From a virus (taxonomy: Duplodnaviria > Caudoviricetes): a DNA stretch of 58,335 nt. The notes beneath the pieces were generated by a model. That model was not told where the DNA came from. It did not search any database and worked only from the letters and a program-made list of their open reading frames with translations. The position numbers and the translations under genes were made by a program. Position 1 is the first letter of the stretch. The number at the start of each line of letters is the position of its first letter. This document shows positions 47,654 through 57,239 of this stretch, one piece after another. Where the stretch lies: positions 1 through 58,335 of IMG/VR virus record IMGVR_UViG_3300048578_000131; one strand, written 5' to 3'.

Positions 47654-48422
47654 AAACGCAACGAAACAGAAATCCTCTCGACACCGGCGGTGTGCCTCCC
47701 CGCTCCGGTGCGAAGGCGGGCGGATGACCGATGATGTGGTCCCCGGCGTACGGTCGTCCGCCCGCTGCAGCTTGATGGTGAGATGCGATGGCCGGTAGCA
47801 TGCAGGCGGGCCGCCGCCGGCCCCTGTGGCGCCGTGACAGGCGCGGCCGCCGCGAATTTCAGGAAATTGCGCCGCGAGATGCCGCTCATGACGGCACCCC
47901 GGCGGTTCCGCGCTGCGTCAAATGACACATCGCGGGGAGGTATTTCACCTGCTTGGTCGTGTAATTATGCGACAACGCATGTGACGCGTATCTACATGTC
48001 TCCGGGCGGCAATAGCGCCGCGCTATGGAGACTGTGTGGAATGTCGAAGGTTGAGAGATCGGCCGGTGAGGCCGTGAATGCCGTGCTGCGGGTGATGGGA
48101 ACCCGGGATGGTCGGATCCGGCTTGTGTTCGATATCGATGTCGAGACCGCGATGGCGCTGATAATGCGCATCCTGCGGGCGGTGCGATGAGCGGAGTTGC
48201 AACCGTGGCGCTATTCGCGGACACCGAATGCGACGGCCCGCGTCCGCAAGTTGCAAGCGGCGCGAAGTATAGTCGAAATGTATGGCGTTTTGAATATGAC
48301 GATATGCCCCTGCGCCACCGCACAACTTTCGATTGACCAACCAGATTGGAACAAGAGTAAAGTTCCGCCCCGTACCGGGAACCGGACGAAGATCCGGCCT
48401 GGATTGTTCCGGGGAGAGAACC

Positions 48423-48731
48423 ATGACGAGCGAGCCCAGACCGGCCGTCGTCCCGGCGGCCGAAGTGAATCTGATCGAGCCAGCACACCTCAACGATATT
48501 TTCGTGACGGACATCGGCCCAATTCAATCTTTGGGAAGTTGCGCGAGGTTCATCCTCGTTGCGGAAAATCCCGTCTGCTATTCGGAACACCCGGAGCAGA
48601 TCGCGGTTTCGCGCCTGGTCATCCCGATCGAATGCCTGCCGCGCATGATCATGAAAGCCTTCCGATTCACCTGCCAGGAAATTGGCAAGCGTTGGACCGG
48701 CACCTTCAGGAGCCACGCGACCCGTCATTGA
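48423..48731 (+). CDS. Hypothetical protein convergent with cro
   Basis: GGAGAG RBS, 102 codons. Confidence 0.5.
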   Translation: MTSEPRPAVVPAAEVNLIEPAHLNDIFVTDIGPIQSLGSCARFILVAENPVCYSEHPEQIAVSRLVIPIECLPRMIMKAFRFTCQEIGKRWTGTFRSHATRH

Positions 48732-48937
48732 GTGGCCTCGCTCGCAAGCATGCTGTCCTGCGACTGGATGTAGGCCGCGACGCGCTCGACCATTGCCAAA
48801 CTCGGCTGCCGGCCGCGCCGGAGGTCACCGACGAAGGCACCATCGCCAACGGCGGCCTTCCCGAACGCGGTAGCGGTCATCCCGCTGCGGTTCAGGAAGG
48901 CATCAATGTCTGCAAGGAACGACTCGCCCGTCATCAT
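48725..48937 (-). CDS. Cro-like repressor
   Basis: IDAFLNRSGMTATAFGKAAVGD...LRRGRQPSL; divergent from cI. Confidence 0.88.
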   Translation of the reverse strand: MMTGESFLADIDAFLNRSGMTATAFGKAAVGDGAFVGDLRRGRQPSLAMVERVAAYIQSQDSMLASEATQ

Positions 48938-48949
48938 AGGCTAAATATG

Positions 48950-48985
48950 TAGGATTTTTCCTATATTGCAACAGGAAACTTCCTA
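48950..48985. promoter_or_regulatory. OR-like operators
   Basis: TAGGATTTTTCCTA (48950-48963) and CAGGAAACTTCCTA (48972-48985); further TTTTCCTAT half-sites up to about 49024. Confidence 0.8.
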
Positions 48986-49022
48986 TTCACGTCCTATGCG
49001 GGGCTTTTCCTATGCTTTTCCT

Positions 49023-49718
49023 ATGGATAAAGCCCCTCTTCCTGACCCTGTGCGGACGCTGATTAGGTCGCGATTGGACGAGTTGAAGGATGCGAAACGC
49101 CGGCCGGGCGAAAAGAGGCCGACGATGCGCAGTCTCTCGCTCGACATGGATCGAAACGAAACGTGGCTCCACCAATTCCTGTCAAAGGGCTCCCCTGTCG
49201 AATTAGACGAACGCGCTAGGAAGTTCCTCGCCGCGGCACTTGACCTGGACGAAAGGTTGCTCCGGCATGAAGACATGATTCAGCCCGCGAGATCGATCGA
49301 ACGAGAACGAAAAAGCCTCAACGAAACGAGCGCCCTACCAGTGAAGGGGCACGGGGCCGCAGGGCCAGACGGCAGCTTTGAATGGAATGGCGAAACGGTC
49401 GACGAAATCCCTAGGCCGCACGCCCTAATCGGCGTGAAGGATGCCTATGCAATCTACGTGGCGGGCGACTCAATGGAGGACCGGTACTACTCTGGAGAGA
49501 CGGTCTATGTGCATCCGTGGAAACCGATACACAAAGGTCATTTCGTTGTTGTCCAAGTGCGGGGCGATGGCGGCGATCACCTCGGCTATATCAAGCGTTT
49601 TCTGAGCCGAGATCACCGTAGACTAAGGCTCGAACAATTGAACCCGAAAAAGGTCATCGAGATTCCGGCTCAAAAAGTCATTTCCGTACACCGGATCATT
49701 ATGGGAGGCGATGGATGA
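49023..49718 (+). CDS. CI-like repressor with S24 peptidase domain
   Basis: N-terminal HTH; VAGDSMED (catalytic Ser), YIKRF (catalytic Lys); start could be 48966. Confidence 0.92.
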   Translation: MDKAPLPDPVRTLIRSRLDELKDAKRRPGEKRPTMRSLSLDMDRNETWLHQFLSKGSPVELDERARKFLAAALDLDERLLRHEDMIQPARSIERERKSLNETSALPVKGHGAAGPDGSFEWNGETVDEIPRPHALIGVKDAYAIYVAGDSMEDRYYSGETVYVHPWKPIHKGHFVVVQVRGDGGDHLGYIKRFLSRDHRRLRLEQLNPKKVIEIPAQKVISVHRIIMGGDG

Positions 49719-50722
49719 AGACATTGCGCATTGCGGTCGCGATTCTCGCGCTGTCGGGATCGTGCTTGATATCAAGCGCGGCTGCAGCACCCTCTCTTGA
49801 GGTGATTCTGAAGCGCCTCGATGCGTTGGAAAAGGAAAACGCCGATCTTCGTCGTCGAATGCAGAGGGTTGAAGCGGCAGAGCGCAATCGACCTGTTGTG
49901 ACAGTTTCGGCCCCAGACCGGCAAGTGCCTATCACGCCCTTGACACCTGCAGCGAGCAGATCCTTTGCGGCTCAAGCAGAACAGGCCGCAAACTGGACCG
50001 GCCTGTATGCTGGCGTGTCAGCGGGAATCCGGCGCGAAGAGCACACATGGCGCACAAATGCCTATGCCGACACTCTTTTTGTCGCCCCGGGATTGATCGT
50101 TGCGGCACCCAACAGCGAGGATTTCTCAAGCGCCCGGGCGAGGTTCGAGGGCTTCGTTGGATATAACTTCCCATTTGCTACCAAACTGTTGGCCGGCATT
50201 GAGGCAGGTTTCGCCGGCAGCCACACGAAGGCATCGGCACCCTACATCCCGGGCACGCAGATCGGCGTGTTCAGCAGAGGCAACGCCATCTTGCAGAATT
50301 CCAGCTCGTTTGAAACGCTTTGGGACGCCAGCGTGCGCGCCAGACTTGGCGCGATGATCACCCCGGACACACTGGCTTATGCCACAGCAGGCGTTGCTTG
50401 GCAGCGAATCAAGATTATGGCCAACTGTGACGCGGTGAACGGCCCCGTCTGCGCTCAAACCGTCGCCCCCGGCGACCCGACCGGATATTTCGAAACCCGG
50501 GAGACTACCTTGTCGGGCTGGACAGTCGGTGCGGGTGTGGAAACAGTCCTATATGGCGCGTGGACTGGGAGGATTGAATACCGCTATTCGCAATTTGACG
50601 ATTTCAAGCACATATTTCTGACCGCGATGGATTGCCAATGCGGCGGTCACGTCGATACCGATATCAGTCTTGCAACGCATACGCTCACCGCTGGGCTCGC
50701 CTTTAAGTTTGTTGGGCCCTGA
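49715..50722 (+). CDS. Outer membrane beta-barrel protein (Omp25/RopB-like) with N-terminal coiled coil
   Basis: Signal peptide; NWTGLYAG, SVRARLG, LAYATAGVA, GWTVGAGVE, RIEYRY, AGLAFKF. Confidence 0.88.
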   Translation: MKTLRIAVAILALSGSCLISSAAAAPSLEVILKRLDALEKENADLRRRMQRVEAAERNRPVVTVSAPDRQVPITPLTPAASRSFAAQAEQAANWTGLYAGVSAGIRREEHTWRTNAYADTLFVAPGLIVAAPNSEDFSSARARFEGFVGYNFPFATKLLAGIEAGFAGSHTKASAPYIPGTQIGVFSRGNAILQNSSSFETLWDASVRARLGAMITPDTLAYATAGVAWQRIKIMANCDAVNGPVCAQTVAPGDPTGYFETRETTLSGWTVGAGVETVLYGAWTGRIEYRYSQFDDFKHIFLTAMDCQCGGHVDTDISLATHTLTAGLAFKFVGP

Positions 50723-50740
50723 GGGAAAAAATAAAAATTA

Positions 50741-50784
50741 TAGGAAAATTCCTATTGACTATACTGTAGGATTTTTCCTATAAA
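50741..50784 (+). promoter_or_regulatory. OL-like operators and PL-like promoter
   Basis: TAGGAAAATTCCTA (50741-50754) and TAGGATTTTTCCTA (50767-50780) flank TTGACT (50755-50760); an 18-bp stretch is identical to 48948-48965. Confidence 0.82.
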
Positions 50785-50910
50785 TGTCTCGCGTGAAACC
50801 CTCACGGTGAGACGACCATGCCCACTTTCGCCGATGTTTCCCGTGAAGCCGGTTCAGAGCACGCTCCGGCCCCCATAGCCTCTTGCGCCGGTGTTTCACG
50901 CGACGCGTCA

Positions 50911-51501
50911 CTAGCTCTGAGCGGGCGCCCGCTCGCAATAGCTGCGGTAGATGCCCCGGTTCACGTCGGCATCGGCGCCGTCGACCACAGTCGCCTCGCG
51001 CAGGTCTACGAAATAGACGAACGGCTTTCCGTTCACGCTTCCGCAGACCACATCGGTCGGATCGCCCATCGCGCTGGTGACCGTCGCGTAGCGGCCCGAG
51101 AATTTGGGGTTCTTGGCCGCGCCGGCAACCCGCGCCCTGGCTTCGGCCACCGCGTCGGCCGGACCGAGATTGCGCCGCTCTGCGGGCGCCGCCGGCACGC
51201 CGACCGGGTTCGATCCGGCCGCGACCAGGGTGTAGCCCTTCGTGCGCATGCAGAGCGTGCCAAGCTCGTTGAGCCGCATGCCGTCGGCAATCCCGTCCGC
51301 GATGGCATTGCCGAGGCCCCGGCCGCTGTATCGGCCAGGCGTTGCGGCCTTCGCCTCGTATTCGCACTGCAGCTTGTCGCGCTCGAAATCGGCGTGCGTC
51401 GCACCCGCCTTCACCCATTGCATGTTCGTCGACTGACACCCGCCGACCGCCAGCCCTACGGCCAGCACTACAAACACTCTCACCACCATCACCCTGATCA
51501 T
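50911..51501 (-). CDS. Lipoprotein
   Basis: Lipobox VGGC; WVKAGATHADFERDKLQC, CMRTKGY, VCGSVNGK. Confidence 0.75.
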   Translation of the reverse strand: MIRVMVVRVFVVLAVGLAVGGCQSTNMQWVKAGATHADFERDKLQCEYEAKAATPGRYSGRGLGNAIADGIADGMRLNELGTLCMRTKGYTLVAAGSNPVGVPAAPAERRNLGPADAVAEARARVAGAAKNPKFSGRYATVTSAMGDPTDVVCGSVNGKPFVYFVDLREATVVDGADADVNRGIYRSYCERAPAQS

Positions 51502-51580
51502 CAGCCCCTCCGGTATGGGATCCGCCTCTCCGGGCGGTTGCAATCTGATACGATACCACCCTCATTTGACGGACACCACG

Positions 51581-52084
51581 ATGGCCGATCTTGCAGAGAC
51601 CGAATTCCGGACCGTGATCGAGGATGCGCGCGCAAAACATGCGGCCATCGTGAATTTGATGCTGGTGTCCGACGCGCAGGCGATCGGCTTGCTGAGGCTG
51701 TACGTGCCGCTGGCGATCGCAACGGCGTCCGGCATGTTCGCCGCGACCGGCGCCCCGTTTCACAGTTATTCGCTGGCCATGGCGCTGATGGCCATGTCGA
51801 CCACGCTGCTGGTCGGCTCCGGGTTCTGTCTGTATGCGCTGCGGCCCGTGGTGGTGAACCTTCCAGGGCGAGAACCGGCTTTCTGGATCTGGGCAATGCG
51901 CGCGGACGTGAGCGCAGAGGATGCGCTCACCGCCTATCTCGATCAGCTCGACACCAAGCAGGAGCAGAACCGCGCGGTCAACATGACCACGGTGTTCGCC
52001 CTTCGCTGGGCCAAGATCTGCGGACTGCTGGCGCCGGTTATGGGCGTTGCCTGCGCCGCCGGGTTTTTTGTCGGGTATCGCTAG
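51581..52084 (+). CDS. Membrane protein
   Basis: Three hydrophobic segments. Confidence 0.65.
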   Translation: MADLAETEFRTVIEDARAKHAAIVNLMLVSDAQAIGLLRLYVPLAIATASGMFAATGAPFHSYSLAMALMAMSTTLLVGSGFCLYALRPVVVNLPGREPAFWIWAMRADVSAEDALTAYLDQLDTKQEQNRAVNMTTVFALRWAKICGLLAPVMGVACAAGFFVGYR

Positions 52085-52367
52085 CGCCGCGGGGGCCTCG
52101 GTACGCCGCCCTTGTAGTCATCCGTTGGTGGTGGCGGAGGGGGTGGCGGCGGGCGCTGCGGTTCATCACGCTCGATCAACAGCATTCGGATCTCCTTTGG
52201 TCTGGTCACTGGAGGTTCGAGGCCCGGCCTGCTCGTCACAGGCCGGGCCACCCACACGCTTTCAGAAAACCTGATTCGGGCAAGGTGAGCAGGACGCGCG
52301 GTCCACAGCGCCGGCACCCGTTCCGCGCCCAATTGCACAGCGTTTTATCCAACCTTTCAGCGAGAGG

Positions 52368-52646
52368 GTGAAGATGATGGATGCATTCGGCCACGTCCTC
52401 GACGAAATGGACAACGAAGCGAAGTACCAGCCCGCCAACGAGCCGCGGCAGCAGCTTGTCGCGCGCATCAAGCGCAGCAGCAAATACGCCTATCAGGCGC
52501 CGAAGACCAAGGGCGGATGGTTCGACGTTCGGGTCGTGCCGGACATGGGCTACGGCCTGCGTGGCAACAACAACAATTACCGCTTCTCCGATGTGGTGTT
52601 CGGTGTGAGGCTTGCTGACGGATCCGTGGCGGAGCTCAAGTCGTGA
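52368..52646 (+). CDS. Hypothetical protein
   Basis: Coupled to the next gene. Confidence 0.55.
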   Translation: MKMMDAFGHVLDEMDNEAKYQPANEPRQQLVARIKRSSKYAYQAPKTKGGWFDVRVVPDMGYGLRGNNNNYRFSDVVFGVRLADGSVAELKS

Positions 52647-53419
52647 CCCACCCGATGCTACCCGCAGTCATCGCGGAGATTCCGACGCTCGGCCCCGAGA
52701 CCTTGTTCGTCGCGAACCATAGCGGCGGCAAGGACAGCATGGCGATGCTGGCCCGGTTGCTCCAGATCGTCCCGCGCGAGCAAATCCTTGTCGTGCACGC
52801 TTCACTTGGCGAAGCCGAATGGCCGGGCGCTTTGGACAAGGCCGAACAGCACGCCGACGCGGAAGGTCTGCCGTTTGTAGTGGCCCGCTCCGTCAAGACA
52901 TTCTTCGAGATGGTCGAGCATCGGTATAAGGTGCGGCCCGGCCCGAACTCGCCGTGCTGGCCATCGGCAGCCAATCGACAGTGCACCAGCGACCTGAAAC
53001 GCGGACCGATCGAGCGCGAGGTCCGGCGCTACGCGAAGCATCATGGGTTCACGACCATCGTGTCATGCATGGGTATCCGCGCCCAGGAGTCCTGCCAGCG
53101 CGCGAAGGCCGTCGCCTTCCGCCGCAATGAACGCGGGTCGATCGCTGGTCGCGACTGGTACGAGTGGCTGCCTATTCACGGCCTGAGCGAAGCCGAGGTA
53201 TTTGCGACGATCGAGCGTTCGCCGCTGTTGCCACATTACGCTTACGCGCTCGGCAACGATCGGCTCTCCTGCATCTTCTGCATCATGGGCAGCCGCAACG
53301 ATCTGAGGAACGGCGCCGAGCAGCATCCTGAACTTTACGCGCGCTATCGCGAGATCGAGCAGCGCACGGGCTACACGATGCATCAGAGCCGCAAGTCACT
53401 GGCGGAGCTAACCGCATGA
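52643..53419 (+). CDS. Second PAPS reductase-family protein
   Basis: NHSGGKDS, CTSDLKRGP, GIRAQES, WLPIH, RLSCIFC. Confidence 0.9.
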   Translation: MTHPMLPAVIAEIPTLGPETLFVANHSGGKDSMAMLARLLQIVPREQILVVHASLGEAEWPGALDKAEQHADAEGLPFVVARSVKTFFEMVEHRYKVRPGPNSPCWPSAANRQCTSDLKRGPIEREVRRYAKHHGFTTIVSCMGIRAQESCQRAKAVAFRRNERGSIAGRDWYEWLPIHGLSEAEVFATIERSPLLPHYAYALGNDRLSCIFCIMGSRNDLRNGAEQHPELYARYREIEQRTGYTMHQSRKSLAELTA

Positions 53420-53692
53420 CCGCCTATTCCAAAGACACCCCTGCCCTTTTGTGTCTAGCACTTGCGGCCGCGATGATTGCTGCATGGGTGCAGATCGTTG
53501 CGAGGGTGATGTGACCTATCCCAAGATCAAACCCTGCCCGAGATGCGGCGGCACTGTCTCTTTGTGGACCTACGAAAGCGGATGGAGTCGCACCGAATGC
53601 GACAACATCAAGTGTGACCACATCAGCGCGTGTGAGGGATCAAAGCTCCGCGCTATCCGCGTCCACAATGCCAAAGCGACCGAAGGGGCTAC

Positions 53693-53962
53693 GTGATGGC
53701 GAAACCAATCGAAGCCTGCCATGCCGCCGTCGGCATCCGCATCCGTCAGATCCGTGAGACGCTGGGGCTGCAGCAGTCCGAGCTTGCGAAGCGTGTCGGC
53801 CTTTCGCGCGCTGCGATTGCCAACACTGAGATCGGCCGCCAGCGGCTCTTGCTGGACGGCATCGAGCGATACGCCAGGGCGCTCGGCACGACACCGAAGC
53901 AACCATGCCTATCCGGTTCGCACCCACAATCAGTAGGAGTTATGACCGATGACAGGGGGTGA
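53693..53962 (+). CDS. XRE-family HTH regulator
   Basis: IRQIRETLGLQQSELAKRVGLSRAAIANTEIG. Confidence 0.8.
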   Translation: MMAKPIEACHAAVGIRIRQIRETLGLQQSELAKRVGLSRAAIANTEIGRQRLLLDGIERYARALGTTPKQPCLSGSHPQSVGVMTDDRG

Positions 53963-54395
53963 CAATTCACTTTTCTACACAGTCGACGAGGTGGCTGCAA
54001 AACTAGGGATTGGTCGCAACTCGGCATATAACGCGGCTAATCGTGGCGAAATACCCGCGATCCGGATTGGGAAACTGCTGAAAATTCCTAAGGCAGCCTT
54101 TGATCGCTTCGTGGGAAGCGATGAAGCGGTCGCTGTCACAGCAGTTACGCCGCAACCTCCGCAACCTCCGCAAAATCTTCCGCCTGCAATTCGTCGTTTG
54201 ATGCCAAATCGAAGGGCTTCGCGACAAGAAGCGCGCGTGCAAGTCAATTTGGCGATTACCGTCCAGTTGAACAACAAGTTGGTCGATGCCGCCGCAGCGA
54301 ACGGCACGACGCTGAGCGGTGAAATTCGCGAGCGCTTACTCCGATCGTTTGAGGATACCGGAAGATTCAGTTGCTCCAGCGAGCACAAGGAATAG
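53949..54395 (+). CDS. Excisionase-like HTH fused to an Arc-like domain
   Basis: YTVDEVAAKLGIGRNSAY...GEIPAIRIG; AAAANGTTLSGEIRERLLRSF. Confidence 0.78.
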   Translation: MTGGDNSLFYTVDEVAAKLGIGRNSAYNAANRGEIPAIRIGKLLKIPKAAFDRFVGSDEAVAVTAVTPQPPQPPQNLPPAIRRLMPNRRASRQEARVQVNLAITVQLNNKLVDAAAANGTTLSGEIRERLLRSFEDTGRFSCSSEHKE

Positions 54396-54457
54396 TGGCT
54401 ATGGGTGCAAATCCGATAGGCATGGAAGCAACTTCTCAAAGGTGTGTGGTGGTGACG

Positions 54458-54757
54458 ATGGATGCAATCACCGAAAAGTATCGCGACAAGGTTACGCCGG
54501 AATATGCAGTTGCGGTGCAGGCGATCGGCTTCGCGCGGCAGCTCATCGGCCAGCACCGTGAGCAATACGAAGCGCTGCTGAAATCCGAACAGGACATGCA
54601 TTCGTTCGGCGGGATGATCAATCCAACGTTATACCGCGACATGCTCTACAGCAACGGCTTCAAGCAACAGACCCGACTGATCAAGGCAGCGCTGGCCTTC
54701 TTGAATGAAGCCGACGCGGTCGCCGACGAAGTCATGAAGGGGGCGATCCATGGCTGA
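54458..54757 (+). CDS. Hypothetical protein
   Basis: Operon context. Confidence 0.55.
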   Translation: MDAITEKYRDKVTPEYAVAVQAIGFARQLIGQHREQYEALLKSEQDMHSFGGMINPTLYRDMLYSNGFKQQTRLIKAALAFLNEADAVADEVMKGAIHG

Positions 54758-54775
54758 CATGACGACGGAGTTCGG

Positions 54776-55045
54776 ATGCCGGACGGGAGCCGCGTGATGG
54801 TGGAATCCGTCACAGCCTTCAACGCCCGCCTCGATCGCATGCGCATCTGGCTGCGCGAGCAGGTGCAGGGTGCTCTCACCGAGGTGGGGCGGGAAGGCCT
54901 CAATGGCGATGAGGCGGCGCGGATCGTAGCGGAAGTCGCGGCCGACAACGTGCGCGCGATACGCGGCGACAGCCAGTGCATGGTGCTGGCCCAGCATGTG
55001 ATTGACCGGGCGGGACAACCGCTCACGGGAGGACATGAGCAATGA
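54776..55045 (+). CDS. Hypothetical protein
   Basis: Operon context; ATGA overlap with the next ORF. Confidence 0.5.
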   Translation: MPDGSRVMVESVTAFNARLDRMRIWLREQVQGALTEVGREGLNGDEAARIVAEVAADNVRAIRGDSQCMVLAQHVIDRAGQPLTGGHEQ

Positions 55046-55600
55046 CCAGGACATTGCCGGTGGCGACGACGGAAGCGGCAGGGGTGGCGACACCGAGCAG
55101 GGAGGGTGAGATGGCGAATCAATGCATTCGCATCACGATGGGATCGCTGATCGAGACCGGACCGGTGGCATCAGCCGCCGTGCTCATCACGATGATCATC
55201 TGTTTCACGGTCTACAAGCTCAAGACCAGGTGATCGCATGTCCCTTCGATCACCACAGCAGCAGGCGGATGGCACGGATGTACTGCATCCGCCTGCTGCC
55301 GGACTCCTTGACCCCGCCGGGATTGTCACGTCGCAATGGTGCGGCGCCCGGCGGCAACTGGCCGGACGAAGACATCCCAGGATTCGTCCGGCCCCTTCTC
55401 TTCATTGCGGCGGACCGGGCGTCCGCTCGATTGTCACCAGCAAAAAGGGAGGCGCGCAATGCCATAGCGCTGGAACGACGAGCATTCATCAGTCGGGAGC
55501 CAGCAGCAATTTGACCTTAGCAGTGGTTGCGGACCGGCGCGGCTATGCGTCGGCCGCTTCCTGTGTCGTGTTCGTAGCGTCAGCCTCGTGGAGTAGCGTC

Positions 55601-55948
55601 ATGTCTCAGCCTGCAAAAGACTATCAGCCCAGCACATGGCAGGTGTTGAACCTGCCGATCGAAGAATTGCGACGGCTCGAAACCGAAGGGCCGAAGCCGA
55701 AGCCTTTTATCCGCACGATCGACACCGCCAAGCTGACGGCGGATTCGCAACTCGCGCTGATCTCGATCTGCGGCCATCCGATCTGCCGGGTGATGACCGA
55801 GACGATGCGCACGACCCATTGCACCTGCGGCTGGCGCACCAGGCTCTACAGCCGGAAATTCGGAGCAGGCACCGACCACGCTTACCGTGTCCAGAGACAT
55901 TTGGCGCAGGCGGCGGATGCCATCAGACCGAGGGTGGACACGCCGTGA
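55601..55948 (+). CDS. Hypothetical protein
   Basis: GGAG RBS; HCTCGW motif. Confidence 0.55.
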   Translation: MSQPAKDYQPSTWQVLNLPIEELRRLETEGPKPKPFIRTIDTAKLTADSQLALISICGHPICRVMTETMRTTHCTCGWRTRLYSRKFGAGTDHAYRVQRHLAQAADAIRPRVDTP

Positions 55949-56148
55949 GCGAGACGAAAGACTTCCACATCGCCCGCGAATGCGAAATCCGCATATGCCG
56001 CGAGCCCGCCTACGAGCAGTCAGCCGAAGGCTATTGGCTGTGTCCGGACCACAAGCTTGCGCACGAGGAAGAACAGAAGCACAGCGATTGCGAATTCGAC
56101 GAGATCGGACGGAAGCAATCCGTGATGCGCAATGCGAGGGCGCTGTGA
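55945..56148 (+). CDS. Small Cys/His protein
   Basis: GTGA overlap; CEIRIC...LCPDH. Confidence 0.5.
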   Translation: MSETKDFHIARECEIRICREPAYEQSAEGYWLCPDHKLAHEEEQKHSDCEFDEIGRKQSVMRNARAL

Positions 56149-56465
56149 TCCACCCTGACCTAAAACAAGCCATCAGAAAGCTGGACGCCGCAGCAGCACA
56201 GATGAAGGCAGTGCTGCTCCAGGTCCAGGCATCCTGCAAGCATGAGCAGGTCATTCACGCTCCATGGCAGGCGAGCGATTATGGCGCGGCATTCAAGGCT
56301 CGTCGGCTCTGCCTCCAATGCGGACTCGAGGAAGAGGCCCAGAATAGCGGATGGGGTCACGACGACTGCGACTTTCGGAGATTAAAAACAAACGGCTTCC
56401 ACAAGGTCGTCAGTCGCGATGTGATTTATCAGAACCGCCTTCCGGAAGCATCGGTGGATGACTGA
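56145..56465 (+). CDS. Hypothetical Zn-binding-like protein
   Basis: GTGA overlap; CKH...CLQCG. Confidence 0.55.
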   Translation: MIHPDLKQAIRKLDAAAAQMKAVLLQVQASCKHEQVIHAPWQASDYGAAFKARRLCLQCGLEEEAQNSGWGHDDCDFRRLKTNGFHKVVSRDVIYQNRLPEASVDD

Positions 56466-56859
56466 CATGCGCCGCGAATTCCCATCCTCAGTGAAGAGAG
56501 AGGCGCACAAGCGCTCTCAGGGGATTTGCGAATGTCATCTGATCCCGCATGTGTTCGATACGCCATGCGGGATGCCGCTCGGCATCGGCAACACCTTCTA
56601 CGAGCACATCGTCTGCGACGGAATCGATGGCGAACCCACCCTCGATAACTGTGCCGTGCTGACCAAGACCTGCTGGAAATTCAAGACCGACACCTACGAC
56701 AGGAAGACCGTCGCGAAGGCCAGGCGGGTCGGTGACATTGCGAAGGGCATCCGCGCGCGCTCGAGCTTCGCCGGGACCCGATCCGACTGGCGATCGAAGA
56801 AACTCAACGGCACCGTCATAGACCGGCGGACGGGTGAGCCGGTGGGGAGGGGACGGTGA
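56458..56859 (+). CDS. HNH-like protein
   Basis: RREF, GICEC, YEHI, PTLDNCAVL, KT, KKLNGTV. Confidence 0.75.
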   Translation: MTDMRREFPSSVKREAHKRSQGICECHLIPHVFDTPCGMPLGIGNTFYEHIVCDGIDGEPTLDNCAVLTKTCWKFKTDTYDRKTVAKARRVGDIAKGIRARSSFAGTRSDWRSKKLNGTVIDRRTGEPVGRGR

Positions 56860-57239
56860 ACCTCTTGCCGCCCTACAACCTCGCCGGTGCGGCGTCCAGA
56901 CTGCACAAGAGCGAGCGCTGGCTCCGGGACTTCCTGTCCGGACGATCCACAGATACCGAAGGCAGGCCCTTTTACCGGCTCGCCGGACGGACCAAACTGT
57001 TCGATGACGTCCACATTCAGAGGCTGTTCGAGGCCCTGCCATGCCCCTCAAGCTTAAAGCCCCCCGCAAAGGCAAAAGCCCGAACTGGTCGATCCGCGGA
57101 GCGTACCTCGGAGTCCGAGTGGACAAGAGTTGCGGAACTCCTAAACGATCCGTCGCTCAAAAGAAGCTCCACGAACTCGAAGGACAAATCGAGCGCGGCG
57201 AGTACCCGCCCAAGGCCAAACCTGACAGTGGTGGCGTAG
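56856..57239 (+). CDS. Excisionase-like DNA-binding protein overlapping the integrase
   Basis: AASRLHKSERWLRD...GRTKLF; immediately upstream of int. Confidence 0.65.
   Translation: MNLLPPYNLAGAASRLHKSERWLRDFLSGRSTDTEGRPFYRLAGRTKLFDDVHIQRLFEALPCPSSLKPPAKAKARTGRSAERTSESEWTRVAELLNDPSLKRSSTNSKDKSSAASTRPRPNLTVVA

Noticed and set aside
46222-47928. 568-aa minus-strand ORF
   Set aside because: Low-complexity, no recognisable domain, and it overlaps better-supported small genes in other frames; probably GC-rich read-through.
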